Of a stretch of DNA of 64,000 bases, positions 31,218 through 42,710 are shown piece after piece. Origin of the DNA: Methanomethylovorans hollandica DSM 15978 (GTDB taxonomy: Archaea; Halobacteriota; Methanosarcinia; Methanosarcinales; Methanosarcinaceae). The stretch spans positions 1,976,011 to 2,040,010 of the forward strand of contig NC_019977.1 of assembly GCF_000328665.1 (NCBI RefSeq). Direction: 5' to 3'. The notes under the pieces were generated by a model. The model saw only the letters and a list, made by a program, of their open reading frames with translations, was not told where the DNA came from and searched no databases. The position numbers and the translations under genes are program-made. The first letter of the stretch is position 1. Every line of letters starts with the position of its first letter.

Positions 31218-31672
31218 TAGAGCACCTCATTCAGTATAATCTCGATGTTAACAGTATCCGTGTTGTGCGGACTGCCTCTTCCGCGTGCCCTTGCAATCAT
31301 ACCGGGAATGACACGCCCGCCCTTTGTTGCCACATGGGCTATATACATGCGTTCCGGGTCCAATCCTTTATATTCAGCATTGCTGCCTGCATTCTCCAAG
31401 ATCTTGAGGAACGCTTTTGCAGCATCTACCGGATATCTCCCACCTGCCATTGGTCCTTTCCTATGGCCTGCTCCTTCGCAATGCCTCTTGAAGGGAACTG
31501 CCTGTTTCTTGGCAACAACACCTTCAAGATATCTCTTGGCGTTCTGGGTACGCATACCTTTGAGAGCCCTTCCGAGTTCCCTTGATTTCTTGGGAGAGAT
31601 ATGAAGCTCAGAACCCATTGCCTTAGAGGTGGTCTTTGGATCCATTTCTAAAGTATAATCAATCCTTGCCAT
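31217..31672 (-). CDS. rpl22: 50S ribosomal protein L22
   Basis: [21 protein letters not shown]. Confidence 0.97.
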   Translation of the reverse strand: MARIDYTLEMDPKTTSKAMGSELHISPKKSRELGRALKGMRTQNAKRYLEGVVAKKQAVPFKRHCEGAGHRKGPMAGGRYPVDAAKAFLKILENAGSNAEYKGLDPERMYIAHVATKGGRVIPGMIARARGRGSPHNTDTVNIEIILNEVL

Positions 31673-31683
31673 ACATAATCACC

Positions 31684-32097
31684 TCACTTCAATGGTACGA
31701 ACCTGCTTGAACGGGTTGCTCCCACACCAGCACTACCATGAGAGACTTTTGGACGACTCTGTGAGAATTCACCGAACCTGTGCCCTATCATCTCAGGCTG
31801 TATTTCGAAGTCAAGGAAGCTCTTGCCATTGTACACTGCAACTGTCTTGCCTACCATATCAGGAAGTATGATGACGTTCCTGTAATGAGTACGCACGTTG
31901 TCTGCACCATCTTTTATCTGCTGCATCACATCCTTCTGATGCTCATTGAAGCCTCTCCTGATAGAGCGGCGCTCTCTTGCTGTAAGAAGTTCTGTGAATT
32001 CCTCCGGGCTCATCGCCTGAAGTTGCTCGATGGTATTGCCACGATATGTGAACTCACCTTTTCGTTTTGGTAATTTTGATCCTATTTTTCTTGCCAT
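31684..32097 (-). CDS. rps19: 30S ribosomal protein S19
   Basis: [25 protein letters not shown]. Confidence 0.98.
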   Translation of the reverse strand: MARKIGSKLPKRKGEFTYRGNTIEQLQAMSPEEFTELLTARERRSIRRGFNEHQKDVMQQIKDGADNVRTHYRNVIILPDMVGKTVAVYNGKSFLDFEIQPEMIGHRFGEFSQSRPKVSHGSAGVGATRSSRFVPLK

Positions 32098-32112
32098 GGG
32101 ATTACCTCCGGT

Positions 32113-32826
32113 TTAACGCTTTCCGGTCCTACGTGCTGCTATCTGTCCAACCTTACGTCCGGGCGGTGCATTCCTGCTAACTGTTGTTGGCCTTCCTGGA
32201 TGCTGCCTGTTACCTCCACCGAATGGGTGGTCAACTACGTTCATGGCAACTCCCCTGACACGAGGATACTTTGCAGCTCTCGTCTTCATCTTGTGATATT
32301 TCTTACCTGCTTTCAGGAAGGGTCTGTCCAGCCTTCCACCGCCTGCAACGATACCAACAGTGGCACGGCATTTAGAGTTAAGCCACTTCATTTCACCCGA
32401 TGGCATCTGTACAACGGTCTTTCCCTTATCATGAGAAACCACTGTTGCATAAACTCCAGATGAACGTGCGAATTGACCGCCATCATTGGGCTTTGACTCA
32501 ACATTGCATACAGGGACACCTTCCGGGATATTTCTAAGTGGCAAGACGTTACCTGGTCTTACGGCAGCTTCGGTACCACATGAAATAATGGTACCAACAG
32601 CCATCCCCTCCGGAGCCACGATCATTTTTTCCTCGCCGTTAGCAAAAGATACTTTTGCCAATGGAGCAGAACGCGCTGGATCGTGTTCAAGACCTACTAC
32701 AGTACCGATCAGCATTTCATTATCATTCACTTTAGGGTGCTTTAGAGAAGCCTTGTACTTATGAGAGGGAGCCCTGTAGGTAGGTGTACCGCGACCCCTG
32801 TTCTGTGAAATTAATCGTTTACCCAT
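32113..32826 (-). CDS. rpl2: 50S ribosomal protein L2
   Basis: [24 protein letters not shown]. Confidence 0.98.
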   Translation of the reverse strand: MGKRLISQNRGRGTPTYRAPSHKYKASLKHPKVNDNEMLIGTVVGLEHDPARSAPLAKVSFANGEEKMIVAPEGMAVGTIISCGTEAAVRPGNVLPLRNIPEGVPVCNVESKPNDGGQFARSSGVYATVVSHDKGKTVVQMPSGEMKWLNSKCRATVGIVAGGGRLDRPFLKAGKKYHKMKTRAAKYPRVRGVAMNVVDHPFGGGNRQHPGRPTTVSRNAPPGRKVGQIAARRTGKR

Positions 32827-32837
32827 TGTTACTCACC

Positions 32838-33086
32838 TCACATCAGTCCTATCCTTGTAGCTATCTCATGAGCAGCATCAGTTTTACTAAACGTTACGAT
32901 AGCCTTCTTCTGGCCATTCATAGTGCTCATTGTACATACTGATGTGACATTAAAACCATACATCTTCATGATGTCTGATTTTATCTGCCCCTTGTTTGCC
33001 TTGCTGTTAACAATGAACTGGAGCTTATTGTTTTCCAGTAACATCATAGCTTTTTCTGTGATGAATGGATAATTTATAGCTGTCAT
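32838..33086 (-). CDS. rpl23: 50S ribosomal protein L23
   Basis: [13 protein letters not shown]; start MTAIN overlaps the rpl4 stop. Confidence 0.96.
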   Translation of the reverse strand: MTAINYPFITEKAMMLLENNKLQFIVNSKANKGQIKSDIMKMYGFNVTSVCTMSTMNGQKKAIVTFSKTDAAHEIATRIGLM

Positions 33087-33850
33087 ACGAACATACCCTC
33101 CAGAGCTGCGATAGCAGATTCCGTCCATATGGTAAGTCTGCCTGCATGAGTGCCGGGGGCCAGCAATTCAGTGCTTATGGAGCTAACTGAAACAACATCC
33201 ACACCTGCCAGGTTCCTTGCGGAATTGAACAATGCACTACCCTCATCAGCAACTACCAGGAGACTTTTTCTGTTCTTGTATCTTCTTCCTCTAAGCTTTC
33301 CGCGACCTGCTCTGATATTCCTGCCTTCCTTTGCACGCACTATATCATCGAACACACCAGCTGCTTTAAGGAACTGCACAACATCCTTTGTTTTGGCCAG
33401 GTTCTGCAATGCATTCTCTGCTACCAACGGTAGCTGGACGCTCTCTTCGAACTTATGACCACGAGCCCGTACAAGTTGTACATTACCAGTTGCCGAAACT
33501 GCTGAGCGGATAGCAAGTCTTCTTTCCTTTTTGTTTACCTTTTCTGTCCTGTCCGCCTCTGGTTTTGGCGGATGTGCTGCCCTTCCGCCAACCGCTTGCG
33601 GAACCCTGGCTGCACGACTACCAGTTGCGATCCTCGGGATCTGTGCTACACCGCGCCCTGATCCCCAGGATACTGCAGAGGTCTCCATACCTGCATATAA
33701 ACGAGGACCATAGGGCTGGTACCTCTTGGTCTGAGATGCAAGCACCGCCCTCTTTATAAGGTCCGGCCTGTATGATTCATTGAATATCTCAGGCAGGGCG
33801 ATCTCACCTATCGTATTACCAGAAATCCCAATAACATTAGTTTTAGCCAT
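33083..33850 (-). CDS. rpl4: 50S ribosomal protein L4
   Basis: [26 protein letters not shown]. Confidence 0.98.
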   Translation of the reverse strand: MAKTNVIGISGNTIGEIALPEIFNESYRPDLIKRAVLASQTKRYQPYGPRLYAGMETSAVSWGSGRGVAQIPRIATGSRAARVPQAVGGRAAHPPKPEADRTEKVNKKERRLAIRSAVSATGNVQLVRARGHKFEESVQLPLVAENALQNLAKTKDVVQFLKAAGVFDDIVRAKEGRNIRAGRGKLRGRRYKNRKSLLVVADEGSALFNSARNLAGVDVVSVSSISTELLAPGTHAGRLTIWTESAIAALEGMFV

Positions 33851-33855
33851 TTAAT

Positions 33856-34869
33856 TCACCCCTGCTTGCTCTGTGTGCTTATGTGAACTATCTGAGGTTC
33901 ACCCATAGCGGATACTCTCGCCCTGGTAGGTTCACGCAGTCTGATAAGCCTCTTGGATGGACCTGGGACACTACCTTTGATAAGCACATAGTCGTTCCTT
34001 ACAAGACCAAAATTGGTGAACCCACCAACAGGGTTGATCTCCTCAGGATTCGTGCCTATTTTGAAGATGCGCTTATTACATTCAGTCCTCTGGTGGAAAC
34101 CAGTCTGACCCATCTGAGGTACCCTCCAGTTCACATGTGCTGGTCTGAAAGGACCAAGGGTACCTATCTGCCTTAGGCTTCCCTGACGGGAATGCTTACC
34201 TTTCTGAAGCATTATACCCCATCTTTTAACCGGACCCTGAGTACCTTTACCTATAGTGATAGCAGCTACATCCACTAAACTGCCGCCCTTGAAAACATCG
34301 CTTATTCTAACTTCTTTGCCGAGAATAGACTTTGCATATTCGTACTTGTCCTTAGAATTTGCACCGCTTATGCCAGTTTCCATTATGTCAGCATTCTTCT
34401 TGGGAACACCTGTAATGCTCTTTGGGAGAGTATAGGTCACTACTCTAATATCAGAAACCTTTCCCTCGTTCATTAGTTGTTCGATCTTCCCCAGAGCTGC
34501 ATTAGTATCATGTTTTAATGGGACCTTGATTGTCTGTGCAAGACTTGTATCAAGTTCCTTGGTCCAAGCCTCTGCCAGAGCCCTCTCGCCGACAGTATCT
34601 TTTCCATAGGCCCTGATAGCAGCCACCCGAATAGCTGGTGTTTCGATCACAGTCACAGGTACTGTGATCTCAAGACCTTCTGTAAGGCTGTTCTTGGTAT
34701 CATCGATGATCACGACATGAGTCATACCGACCTTGTAACCAGCGAAATCCTGAATTTTTATTCCAGCGTCTGATACCGGCCATGACCTGTAACGTGGTAT
34801 GGGGCTCTGTGCTCTTTTGCGCGGACTGAACGCGAGTGATCCTCGCCTTGGTCTGTGTCCTTTTGCCAT
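33856..34869 (-). CDS. rpl3: 50S ribosomal protein L3
   Basis: [34 protein letters not shown]. Confidence 0.98.
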   Translation of the reverse strand: MAKGHRPRRGSLAFSPRKRAQSPIPRYRSWPVSDAGIKIQDFAGYKVGMTHVVIIDDTKNSLTEGLEITVPVTVIETPAIRVAAIRAYGKDTVGERALAEAWTKELDTSLAQTIKVPLKHDTNAALGKIEQLMNEGKVSDIRVVTYTLPKSITGVPKKNADIMETGISGANSKDKYEYAKSILGKEVRISDVFKGGSLVDVAAITIGKGTQGPVKRWGIMLQKGKHSRQGSLRQIGTLGPFRPAHVNWRVPQMGQTGFHQRTECNKRIFKIGTNPEEINPVGGFTNFGLVRNDYVLIKGSVPGPSKRLIRLREPTRARVSAMGEPQIVHISTQSKQG

Positions 34870-35275
34870 TGTAATTCTCCCGATCTATATTTTTTAGATT
34901 TGGCCGTTCAACTTTCTTGCTGATAGCATGGGTTATGCAAAAAGTCGAAGCGCCACTGGGATCAGAAAACACATGTTTATTGTGTGATCGACGGCTATAC
35001 TGCCGCTGCTATACAACCGTAAAAAGCAGAATATTGCCCTATACCGGTAGGATCATAGCAGATATCCCTACTGTGGTCATCTCCAGAACGATTTAAACAC
35101 CTTATGTCCCTGCAAACGTTTCCGCAAGCAGGAGGGCATTCTTGAAGAGGCCCCGAACATCACATGTTAAATCCGACTTTTTCATACGTAGTTAGTTTCA
35201 TTGCGATATGCAAGGCGAACCTTACATACCCATCTCTATCGTTGGGCTTAGATAGATAAATACATATATAAAACC
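34870..35275 (-). promoter_or_regulatory. Promoter and long (~370 nt) structured 5' leader of the rpl3 superoperon
   Basis: AAAGGTTTTATATAT (BRE/TATA-like, minus strand) at ~35264-35278; long-range complementarity 34934-34947 with 35174-35186 and internal hairpins. Confidence 0.5.
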
Positions 35276-35448
35276 TTTGCATGGGAAAAGTGTCTGAAAG
35301 ATAAATCGAAACAATAGCCGTATCTATCTTTCATGAAATAAGATTCAATGTTTTTACCAGATGCAACTGCATTATCATTCACTTATTCTTTAAAGCCATA
35401 GAGCCGAATAAGATACATGTAATTCAACATGGAAAGTAAATAAGAACA

Positions 35449-36039
35449 TCATGCATGAAGTCTTCCAATACCAAATGCTTTGATGTTGATATCCATTGTC
35501 CTCTTTGGTACTGATGCCTTGACACAATCCAGCAATACATCTTTAGATAGTGGCAAGTATTTAGATACTGCCCCTATCATCACAGTATTCATGGATTGTA
35601 CATGGCCAGCTTCTTTGGCAAGTTGCACTGCATTAAAAGCCTTTACAGTGAACCTCTGTTCCAGATAGTCAATTATCTCCCCCATATCAGGATATGAAGA
35701 AATACCCGAGGTCACTGTCACGGGTAATACTGGCTCTGTGTTGACAATAACTATACCTTCATCTGACAGATATTCAATATATCTCAAAGCCTCACTTGGC
35801 TCCAGAGCTATTAAAGCATCAGCGCTTTTCAAGGGAATTAGAGAACCTAACTCACAGCCAATCCTCAGATGATTTACCACTGAACCACCGCGCTGTGCCA
35901 TACCATGAGTCTCAGCAGCCATTACTGGCAACCCTTCCTTTACTGCAGCCTTCCCAATTATATCTGAAGCAAGGATGGTACCCTGCCCTCCCACGCCTGC
36001 TATTACCAGATCGAAGAGAGATATCCCGGCTGAGCTCAT
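35449..36039 (-). CDS. iorB: Indolepyruvate ferredoxin oxidoreductase subunit beta
   Basis: GVGGQGTIL, ETHGMAQRGGSV. Confidence 0.93.
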   Translation of the reverse strand: MSSAGISLFDLVIAGVGGQGTILASDIIGKAAVKEGLPVMAAETHGMAQRGGSVVNHLRIGCELGSLIPLKSADALIALEPSEALRYIEYLSDEGIVIVNTEPVLPVTVTSGISSYPDMGEIIDYLEQRFTVKAFNAVQLAKEAGHVQSMNTVMIGAVSKYLPLSKDVLLDCVKASVPKRTMDINIKAFGIGRLHA

Positions 36040-37841
36040 CTCTTCACCTCCAATATTGCCCCAAACTTACATATCTGGGCACATACACCGCATCCCGTAC
36101 ACATGTTGTTGATCCTCGCACGTTTAAGTTCATTATCGAATTCTGTTGCAGGACAGCCAAACCTAACGCAGGACTTGCAGCCTGTACATTTCTCCTGATC
36201 CACTGAAAATGCTGGTTTTCTGGCTCCTGATCTTCTCAGATCGATCACACATGGCTGCCTTGCTATCACAACAGAGGTACCTTTGTAGTCCCTGGAGCGT
36301 CTGAACACATCCTCAGTAGACGCCAGATCATAGGGATCGACCACTTCCACGAATTCCGCTCCTAGAGAACGGCATATATCAGATATAGACACCGCTACCG
36401 TGGATTCGCCAACAGCCGTTTTGCCCATTCCGGGATTTGGCTGATGACCGGTCATGGCAGTGACCCTGTTATCCATAATAGTTACTGTGATATCCGCCTT
36501 ATTATATACTGCATTGAGCAAGCCGTTCATGCCTGTGTGGAAGAACGTGGAATCACCGATGGAACAACATATAGGATGTTCCTCTCCTGCATGATATATT
36601 CCTGAAGATACAGTAATGCTTGCGCCCATACATAATGTAGTGTCTACAGCACCTGACTGTACTCCAAGAGTGTAGCAACCAATATCACTTGGATAAATTC
36701 CGTCTTTCCCAAAAACCTTCTTCATAACATGGAAAGCAGCTCTGTGGGCGCAACCGGGGCACAATACAGGAGGACGCGAAGGGAGTTGAAGGCCCACATC
36801 ATTAACCTGCCGAGAAGGTTCAGGTAGCTCGAAAGCCTTTGAGATGGCATCCATACATATATCAACATTCAACTCCCCATGCCTGGGAACAAGACCCTCT
36901 AATTTCCCCAGAACCTTTACTCCGATACCATGCTTCTGTGCCATGATACGTATTTCATCTTCTAACACCGGCTCAAGTTCCTCTATCACAAGCACTGTGT
37001 CTGCATGCTCCAACATACCGGTAATCTTGTCCTCAGGAGCCGGATATGCACATATTTTTAGGAAAGATGCATCCAGACCTATTCTTTTTATGGCTTCCCT
37101 GGCATAGACAGAAGCTACGCCTGAAGATACAACACCTATTTTCGATCCTGTCTTGAGTTCAAGCTGGTTCCATGGGGAATTCTCAAGCTCTTTTCTGATG
37201 TCCTCGTACACCTGCAACACATAAGGATGTCTTAGCCTTGCATTCTTAGGCATCATTATCCATCTTTCAGGGATCTTTTCGAACTTTACCTGCGGCCTCT
37301 GTTCAGTTATATCCCCAAGTTCCACATCAGACTTGCCGTGAGAGATACGGGTAGTAGGTCTGAAAATAGCAGCCGTCTGGAACAAATTAGACAACCTGAA
37401 AGCATCCGGTATCATATCCTTTGCCTCCTGGGGATTTGAAGGATCAAAACAGGGCATCAGCGCGAACTGGGCATATTTACGAGTATCCTGTTCGTTTTGA
37501 GAGGAATGACATGAAGGATCATCCGCAGAGATTATTATCATTGAACCTTTAACACCCATATAAGAGAGGGTCATAAGTGGATCTGCAGCTACATTAAGAC
37601 CCACGTGCTTCATGGTGACTACAGATCTTACACCTGCAATAGCAGCCCCTGCAGCCACTTCAAAGGCTACTTTTTCATTAACCGACCATTCCACATAGAA
37701 ATCCCTGTTTTCCATTGCTGCCAGAGTATCTATGATCTCCGATGAAGGAGTGCCCGGATAACCAGCAATTACCTGGCCACCTCCTTCTACAATGCCCCGT
37801 GCTATAGCGACATTACCTAGCATGAATTCACGTGTGCTCAT
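36036..37841 (-). CDS. iorA: Indolepyruvate ferredoxin oxidoreductase subunit alpha
   Basis: YPGTPSSEI, MKHVGLNVAAD, RPPVLCPGC, GDSTFFH, C-terminal ferredoxin. Confidence 0.96.
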   Translation of the reverse strand: MSTREFMLGNVAIARGIVEGGGQVIAGYPGTPSSEIIDTLAAMENRDFYVEWSVNEKVAFEVAAGAAIAGVRSVVTMKHVGLNVAADPLMTLSYMGVKGSMIIISADDPSCHSSQNEQDTRKYAQFALMPCFDPSNPQEAKDMIPDAFRLSNLFQTAAIFRPTTRISHGKSDVELGDITEQRPQVKFEKIPERWIMMPKNARLRHPYVLQVYEDIRKELENSPWNQLELKTGSKIGVVSSGVASVYAREAIKRIGLDASFLKICAYPAPEDKITGMLEHADTVLVIEELEPVLEDEIRIMAQKHGIGVKVLGKLEGLVPRHGELNVDICMDAISKAFELPEPSRQVNDVGLQLPSRPPVLCPGCAHRAAFHVMKKVFGKDGIYPSDIGCYTLGVQSGAVDTTLCMGASITVSSGIYHAGEEHPICCSIGDSTFFHTGMNGLLNAVYNKADITVTIMDNRVTAMTGHQPNPGMGKTAVGESTVAVSISDICRSLGAEFVEVVDPYDLASTEDVFRRSRDYKGTSVVIARQPCVIDLRRSGARKPAFSVDQEKCTGCKSCVRFGCPATEFDNELKRARINNMCTGCGVCAQICKFGAILEVKR

Positions 37842-38058
37842 GTCAATCTCCTGCTACCCCTTACAGAGCAATTATTGATAAATATATCTAAAATTGGAAA
37901 TGATGATCTAGTTAATTCATTATATACAGAGTTTTTATACGTGTCAGGCCATTATCGATAAGTATAAGACTTAAGAACTAATTGCAATATCAGTTAGTCT
38001 ATAATCCGAAGAAAATGAGATATCCCTCTTTAAGGAACATGTTCAGGTGGTCCGATCC

Positions 38059-39420
38059 ATGGTAACAGAGATAGAAGCAAAGGTGATCGAAGCTAAAAAA
38101 GCATCAATCACACTTGCAAGTGTGAGCACGGATATGAAGAACCGTGCACTTGAGGAGATGGCAAATGCGCTGGATATTAACAGGCAAGCCATACTTTCAG
38201 CTAATGTAAGAGACCTGGAAGCCGCTGAGAAAGCCCAGAGAAAAGGTGAACTTTCCCAGGCAATGGTAGACAGGCTTAAGGTCAGCGACAGTAAGATAGA
38301 TGGTATGATGGCCGGCATCAGAGATGTGATACATCTCGAAGACCTCGTAGGAAGAACGATGAGTTCTCTTGAACTTGATAATGGTCTGGAGCTTTATCAG
38401 GTAAGCTGTCCGATCGGTCTGATCGGAGTTATATTTGAATCCAGACCGGATGTTGTTCCTCAGATAATGGCACTTTGTCTGAAAAGTGGTAATTCCACTG
38501 TGTTCAAAGGCGGAAGCGAGGCACTTAACTCGAACAGGACTATCTTCAATATATTGGTAGAAGCCATCGAGAAAGTCGAAGGCATACCAAAAGGAGCTTT
38601 CCAGCTCATGGAAACCAGGGAAGAGGTAATGGATATACTGGCCATGGACCCTTACATCGACCTGCTCATACCCAGAGGATCTAACTCCTTCGTAAAGTTT
38701 ATCCAGGACAATACAAAAATACCAGTCCTTGGCCACGCCGATGGAATATGTCATGTATATGTGGATGATGAAGCTGACCTGGCAAAAGCCTATAATATCT
38801 GTTTCGATTCAAAAGTGCAGTATGCTGCCGTGTGCAATGCCATGGAAACTTTACTGGTACATGAAAAGATCGCAGAGAAATTTCTGCCTAAAATGGCTCA
38901 GATGCTGGAAGGTGCAAGTGTTGAATTGCGCTGCGACAATAGATCGTTTGAGATATTAGAACAGATAGACTTTATTAATAAACTAGTGCGTGCCATAGAA
39001 GAAGACTGGTCTACCGAGTATAATGACCTAATTCTGTCTATAAAAGTAGTCAACTCGATAGAAGAAGCTATTGAACATATCAATACTTATGGTTCCCACC
39101 ACACTGATGCTATAGTTACCGAAAACAAGAAGAAAAAGAAAAAGTTCGCTGACTTTGTAGACTCCTCCAGCGTCATGATAAACGCATCTACAAGGTTTGC
39201 CGATGGTTTCAGATATGGTAAAGGAGCAGAAGTAGGTATAAGCACTAACAAGATACATGCCAGAGGACCTGTGGGCATGGAAGGTCTTATGATCTACAAA
39301 TATGTGCTCATAGGAAACGGAGACAAAGTTGCCGACTATGTAGGACCAGCAGCAAAGGAATTCACTCACAAAGAGCTAAACAAAAAACTCTCCGATGTCA
39401 TAACAGAAAATAAAGTGTGA
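38059..39420 (+). CDS. proA: Gamma-glutamyl phosphate reductase
   Basis: IFESRP, VCNAMETLL, NASTRFADG, HARGPVG. Confidence 0.97.
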   Translation: MVTEIEAKVIEAKKASITLASVSTDMKNRALEEMANALDINRQAILSANVRDLEAAEKAQRKGELSQAMVDRLKVSDSKIDGMMAGIRDVIHLEDLVGRTMSSLELDNGLELYQVSCPIGLIGVIFESRPDVVPQIMALCLKSGNSTVFKGGSEALNSNRTIFNILVEAIEKVEGIPKGAFQLMETREEVMDILAMDPYIDLLIPRGSNSFVKFIQDNTKIPVLGHADGICHVYVDDEADLAKAYNICFDSKVQYAAVCNAMETLLVHEKIAEKFLPKMAQMLEGASVELRCDNRSFEILEQIDFINKLVRAIEEDWSTEYNDLILSIKVVNSIEEAIEHINTYGSHHTDAIVTENKKKKKKFADFVDSSSVMINASTRFADGFRYGKGAEVGISTNKIHARGPVGMEGLMIYKYVLIGNGDKVADYVGPAAKEFTHKELNKKLSDVITENKV

Positions 39421-39427
39421 AGAGGCA

Positions 39428-40558
39428 ATGTTCTTGAGCAGCAGGAAAGAGCTTTTAGGCAACATAAACAAAATTGTGGTGAAAATAGGGACTACATCAA
39501 TAAACCAGGATGATGGTAAAATTAGCCCGGCTTTCTTAGACTCTATAGCTTCCCAAGTTTCCAACCTGCATAATGCCGGCAAAAAAGTGATAATAGTAAG
39601 CTCTGGCTCTATTGGACTTGGCGTGGATGTACTGGACCTTGACTCAAGACCACGGGAAATACCTGTAAGACAAGCTGCAGCAGCTGTTGGACAGAGCATA
39701 CTCATGCAGGAATGGAGTAAAGCCTTCAGCAAGTATGGACTGAAAGTAGCTCAGTTGCTCCTTACTTATGATTCCTTTTCTAACAGATTAACATACCTCA
39801 ATCTCAGGAACAGTATGCACACCCTCCTTAGTTACGGAGTTATCCCCATCATAAATGAGAATGACCCAATATGCGTACATGAGATAGAAGCTACTTTTGG
39901 GGATAATGACAAGCTCTCTGCCATGGTTGCAAGTAAAACAGAAGCAGAGCTTCTGATAATCCTCTCGGATATTGACGGGCTCTATGACAAGAATCCACAC
40001 AACAATCATGGTGCTAAACTGCTCCACCTTGTAGAAGAGATTACTCCTGAAGTGGAAAGCTATGGAGGAAATCCAACAAGCCTTAAGGGCGTGGGAGGCA
40101 TGCGAACAAAGATAATGGCTGCCAAGATCTGCGGCCTTTCCGGATGCCACACGATGATCGCTAGCAGCAGAGAAAAAGATATCTTGCTCAGGTTGCTAGA
40201 TGGTGAGGAAATAGGTACGCTATTCATGGCGAACAAGGAAGTCCACACAAACAGAATACGCTGGATCTTATTATCAAAATCCTGCGGTTCAGTGGAAGTT
40301 GACGAGGGTGCAAAAGAAGCCATTGAGAATAGTATGAGTCTCTTACCTTCCGGAATAACTAATGTTGAAGGTGATTTCAGAAGAGGGGATATCATCGAAA
40401 TTAAATCCAGAGGAGAAGTCTTTGCGAAAGGTATCACTGATTACTCATCAACTGAGCTTGCAAAGATAAAAGGTCAACACACAAACCAGATAATAGATAT
40501 CCTTGGATACAAGAATTACAACCATGTGATCAAAAAAGAGAACATTGGACTGTACTGA
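39428..40558 (+). CDS. proB: Glutamate 5-kinase with PUA domain
   Basis: IVVKIGT, NENDP, FGDNDKLSA, GGMRTKI. Confidence 0.97.
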   Translation: MFLSSRKELLGNINKIVVKIGTTSINQDDGKISPAFLDSIASQVSNLHNAGKKVIIVSSGSIGLGVDVLDLDSRPREIPVRQAAAAVGQSILMQEWSKAFSKYGLKVAQLLLTYDSFSNRLTYLNLRNSMHTLLSYGVIPIINENDPICVHEIEATFGDNDKLSAMVASKTEAELLIILSDIDGLYDKNPHNNHGAKLLHLVEEITPEVESYGGNPTSLKGVGGMRTKIMAAKICGLSGCHTMIASSREKDILLRLLDGEEIGTLFMANKEVHTNRIRWILLSKSCGSVEVDEGAKEAIENSMSLLPSGITNVEGDFRRGDIIEIKSRGEVFAKGITDYSSTELAKIKGQHTNQIIDILGYKNYNHVIKKENIGLY

Positions 40559-40692
40559 AGATCACTTCGCTTTCTCCGGATCTCTTCTATGGCTAAATAA
40601 AACAAAAAAATTTTATTTTTATTTTGGTAGCACTCCATAAATTATAACTTCAAGAACAACATAAGCAGCCTCATAGGGTAGAAAGTGGCTTT

Positions 40693-42054
40693 ATGGAAAA
40701 CGATTTACTTAAAGATTTGAAAGAAGCCGTTCTGGAAAGTATAAGTCCAAAAACTGAAGAAAGAGCTTATCTGAAAGAGATCGCAGAATTGCTTATAAAA
40801 AAAATTGATCGTATAGCCTGCTCAATGAACCTGAAGGATGTTTCTGCAAAACTGGTTGGTTCAGCTGCCAGAAATACCTGGATATCGGGTACACATGACC
40901 TGGACATATTTATTATGTTCCCTGGCGATGCCAGCCGGGCAGAGCTTGAAAAAAAAGGACTGATCATCGCAAGAATGATAGCTGAAGAATCCGAGAGTTT
41001 TGAAGAACGCTATGCAGAACATCCTTACATAAATATGAGATATAGAGGGTTCGATGTGGACATTGTTCCCTGTTTCAGAGTGGATTCGGCCTCTTGCATA
41101 AGGTCTGCTGTAGATAGAACACCTTTTCATAACGAATTTATAAAAGAGAATATTCAGGGACTTGAAAAAGAGGTACTGCTCTTAAAACAGTTCATGAAAG
41201 GAACAGGTGTATATGGTTCAGAACTTAGAACACAGGGTTTCTCAGGTTACCTCACAGAGCTGCTTGTGATAAAATATGGTTCTTTCGAAAATGTGATCAG
41301 ATCTGCCTGCGACTGGCAGCCTGGAACATATATTGACCTTAATTCTCATGGAATTATGAAACATAAAGAACCACTTATTATGGTAGATCCCACTGATCCG
41401 AAACGTAATGTTGCTGCCGCCCTGTCGCTGGATAAATTCTGCATGTTCATTGATTCATGCAGGGAATTTGTATTGCACCCTTCATTGGATATCTTTTTCC
41501 CACGAGCAGTGATACAAATTGATGACATGAAACTTTTCCAGAAACTGAAATCACGTGGTACCGCTTTTATTGCCATAACATTCAAAACACCTGATGTAGT
41601 GGAAGATGTGCTGTATCCACAATTGTATAAGATGGAGCAGGCAGTTGTTGCATTGCTCGAAGAGCATGAATTCAAGGTTCTGAATAAAGGATCATGGGCA
41701 GGACAAAACACAGTGGTCTTACTGGAACTCATATCTGCCAACCTTCCAGCCTTGAGTAAGCACAGGGGCCCACCCGTATGGGTACATCAACATGCCGAAA
41801 GCTTCAAAAACAAATATATGGCTGCAGAAGACGTTTTTACATTCTATATCGAAAATGGTATCTATGTAGCAGAAGTTCCCCGGAAATACCCGGATGCATA
41901 TTTACTTTTAAAAGAAAGACTTACTTCGTGTTCTATAGGCAAACAGGTCAGCTTTGCAGTAAAAGATGGATTTAAGGTGCTGAGAGGCAGTGAAATATGC
42001 AGTATTCAGGACCCGAGCTTGAAATTGTTCCTGATGAACTGGCCAGGGATCTAA
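40693..42054 (+). CDS. cca: CCA-adding tRNA nucleotidyltransferase (class I)
   Basis: VGSAARNTW, DLDIF, YAEHPY, VDRTPFH, GFSGYLTEL. Confidence 0.97.
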   Translation: MENDLLKDLKEAVLESISPKTEERAYLKEIAELLIKKIDRIACSMNLKDVSAKLVGSAARNTWISGTHDLDIFIMFPGDASRAELEKKGLIIARMIAEESESFEERYAEHPYINMRYRGFDVDIVPCFRVDSASCIRSAVDRTPFHNEFIKENIQGLEKEVLLLKQFMKGTGVYGSELRTQGFSGYLTELLVIKYGSFENVIRSACDWQPGTYIDLNSHGIMKHKEPLIMVDPTDPKRNVAAALSLDKFCMFIDSCREFVLHPSLDIFFPRAVIQIDDMKLFQKLKSRGTAFIAITFKTPDVVEDVLYPQLYKMEQAVVALLEEHEFKVLNKGSWAGQNTVVLLELISANLPALSKHRGPPVWVHQHAESFKNKYMAAEDVFTFYIENGIYVAEVPRKYPDAYLLLKERLTSCSIGKQVSFAVKDGFKVLRGSEICSIQDPSLKLFLMNWPGI

Positions 42055-42147
42055 TATAGATGACTTTTTTTATATTTAAAGCAGTATTCATTATTACCAA
42101 TTCAACTATTAAATAGTAGAAGATCATTTTTAGAAAAGGGTGATATT

Positions 42148-42342
42148 ATGATATGGGTATTTTCTTCACTTACGGATGAACAGATAAAATCTATCAAAGA
42201 ACTGGAAGGGAAAATGGGTGTAACATTGTTGGCTTTTTCGGGAATTAAAACCAAGTATGCTGACATTTCCGAAGAAGATCTTAAACTTCTCCTTCAAGCT
42301 GAAAAGGACATTGGGGTTTCATTGGTTGCAGTTAATGTGTAA
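42148..42342 (+). CDS. Small hypothetical protein with an internal tandem repeat
   Basis: GGGTGA SD; two ~30-aa halves (LTDEQIKSIKELEGKMGVTLLAF / ISEEDLKLLLQAEKDIGVSLVAV); hairpin downstream. Confidence 0.75.
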   Translation: MIWVFSSLTDEQIKSIKELEGKMGVTLLAFSGIKTKYADISEEDLKLLLQAEKDIGVSLVAVNV

Positions 42343-42710
42343 TGAAAAAGAAGGAAAATAGTTGCAATTTAAACCTTGCAACTTGCCTTTATTCAACAGT
42401 TTGATCATGCCTTTATGAGCCCCTCAAATCCATATTTAAGCAATTATTTAGCTTCAATTCAGGCATTCTATGATAGACGTCTATTTTTTATTGACGACAC
42501 TGCAGTAAGTCTTAAGAAGAAAGCATGACCTGCTCCCAACATCTGATGCTTTAACATCTTAATAGAGATCAGAAAACAAACATATAAGAAAGTGTAGAAA
42601 ATAATATAGCATAGTAATATACTTGTAATCTATAGAACCAAAGACTAAAGATCATGGACTGAAAAACAAAGAAAAATATGAATAATATATCTCTTAAAGG
42701 AGGATTTTTC

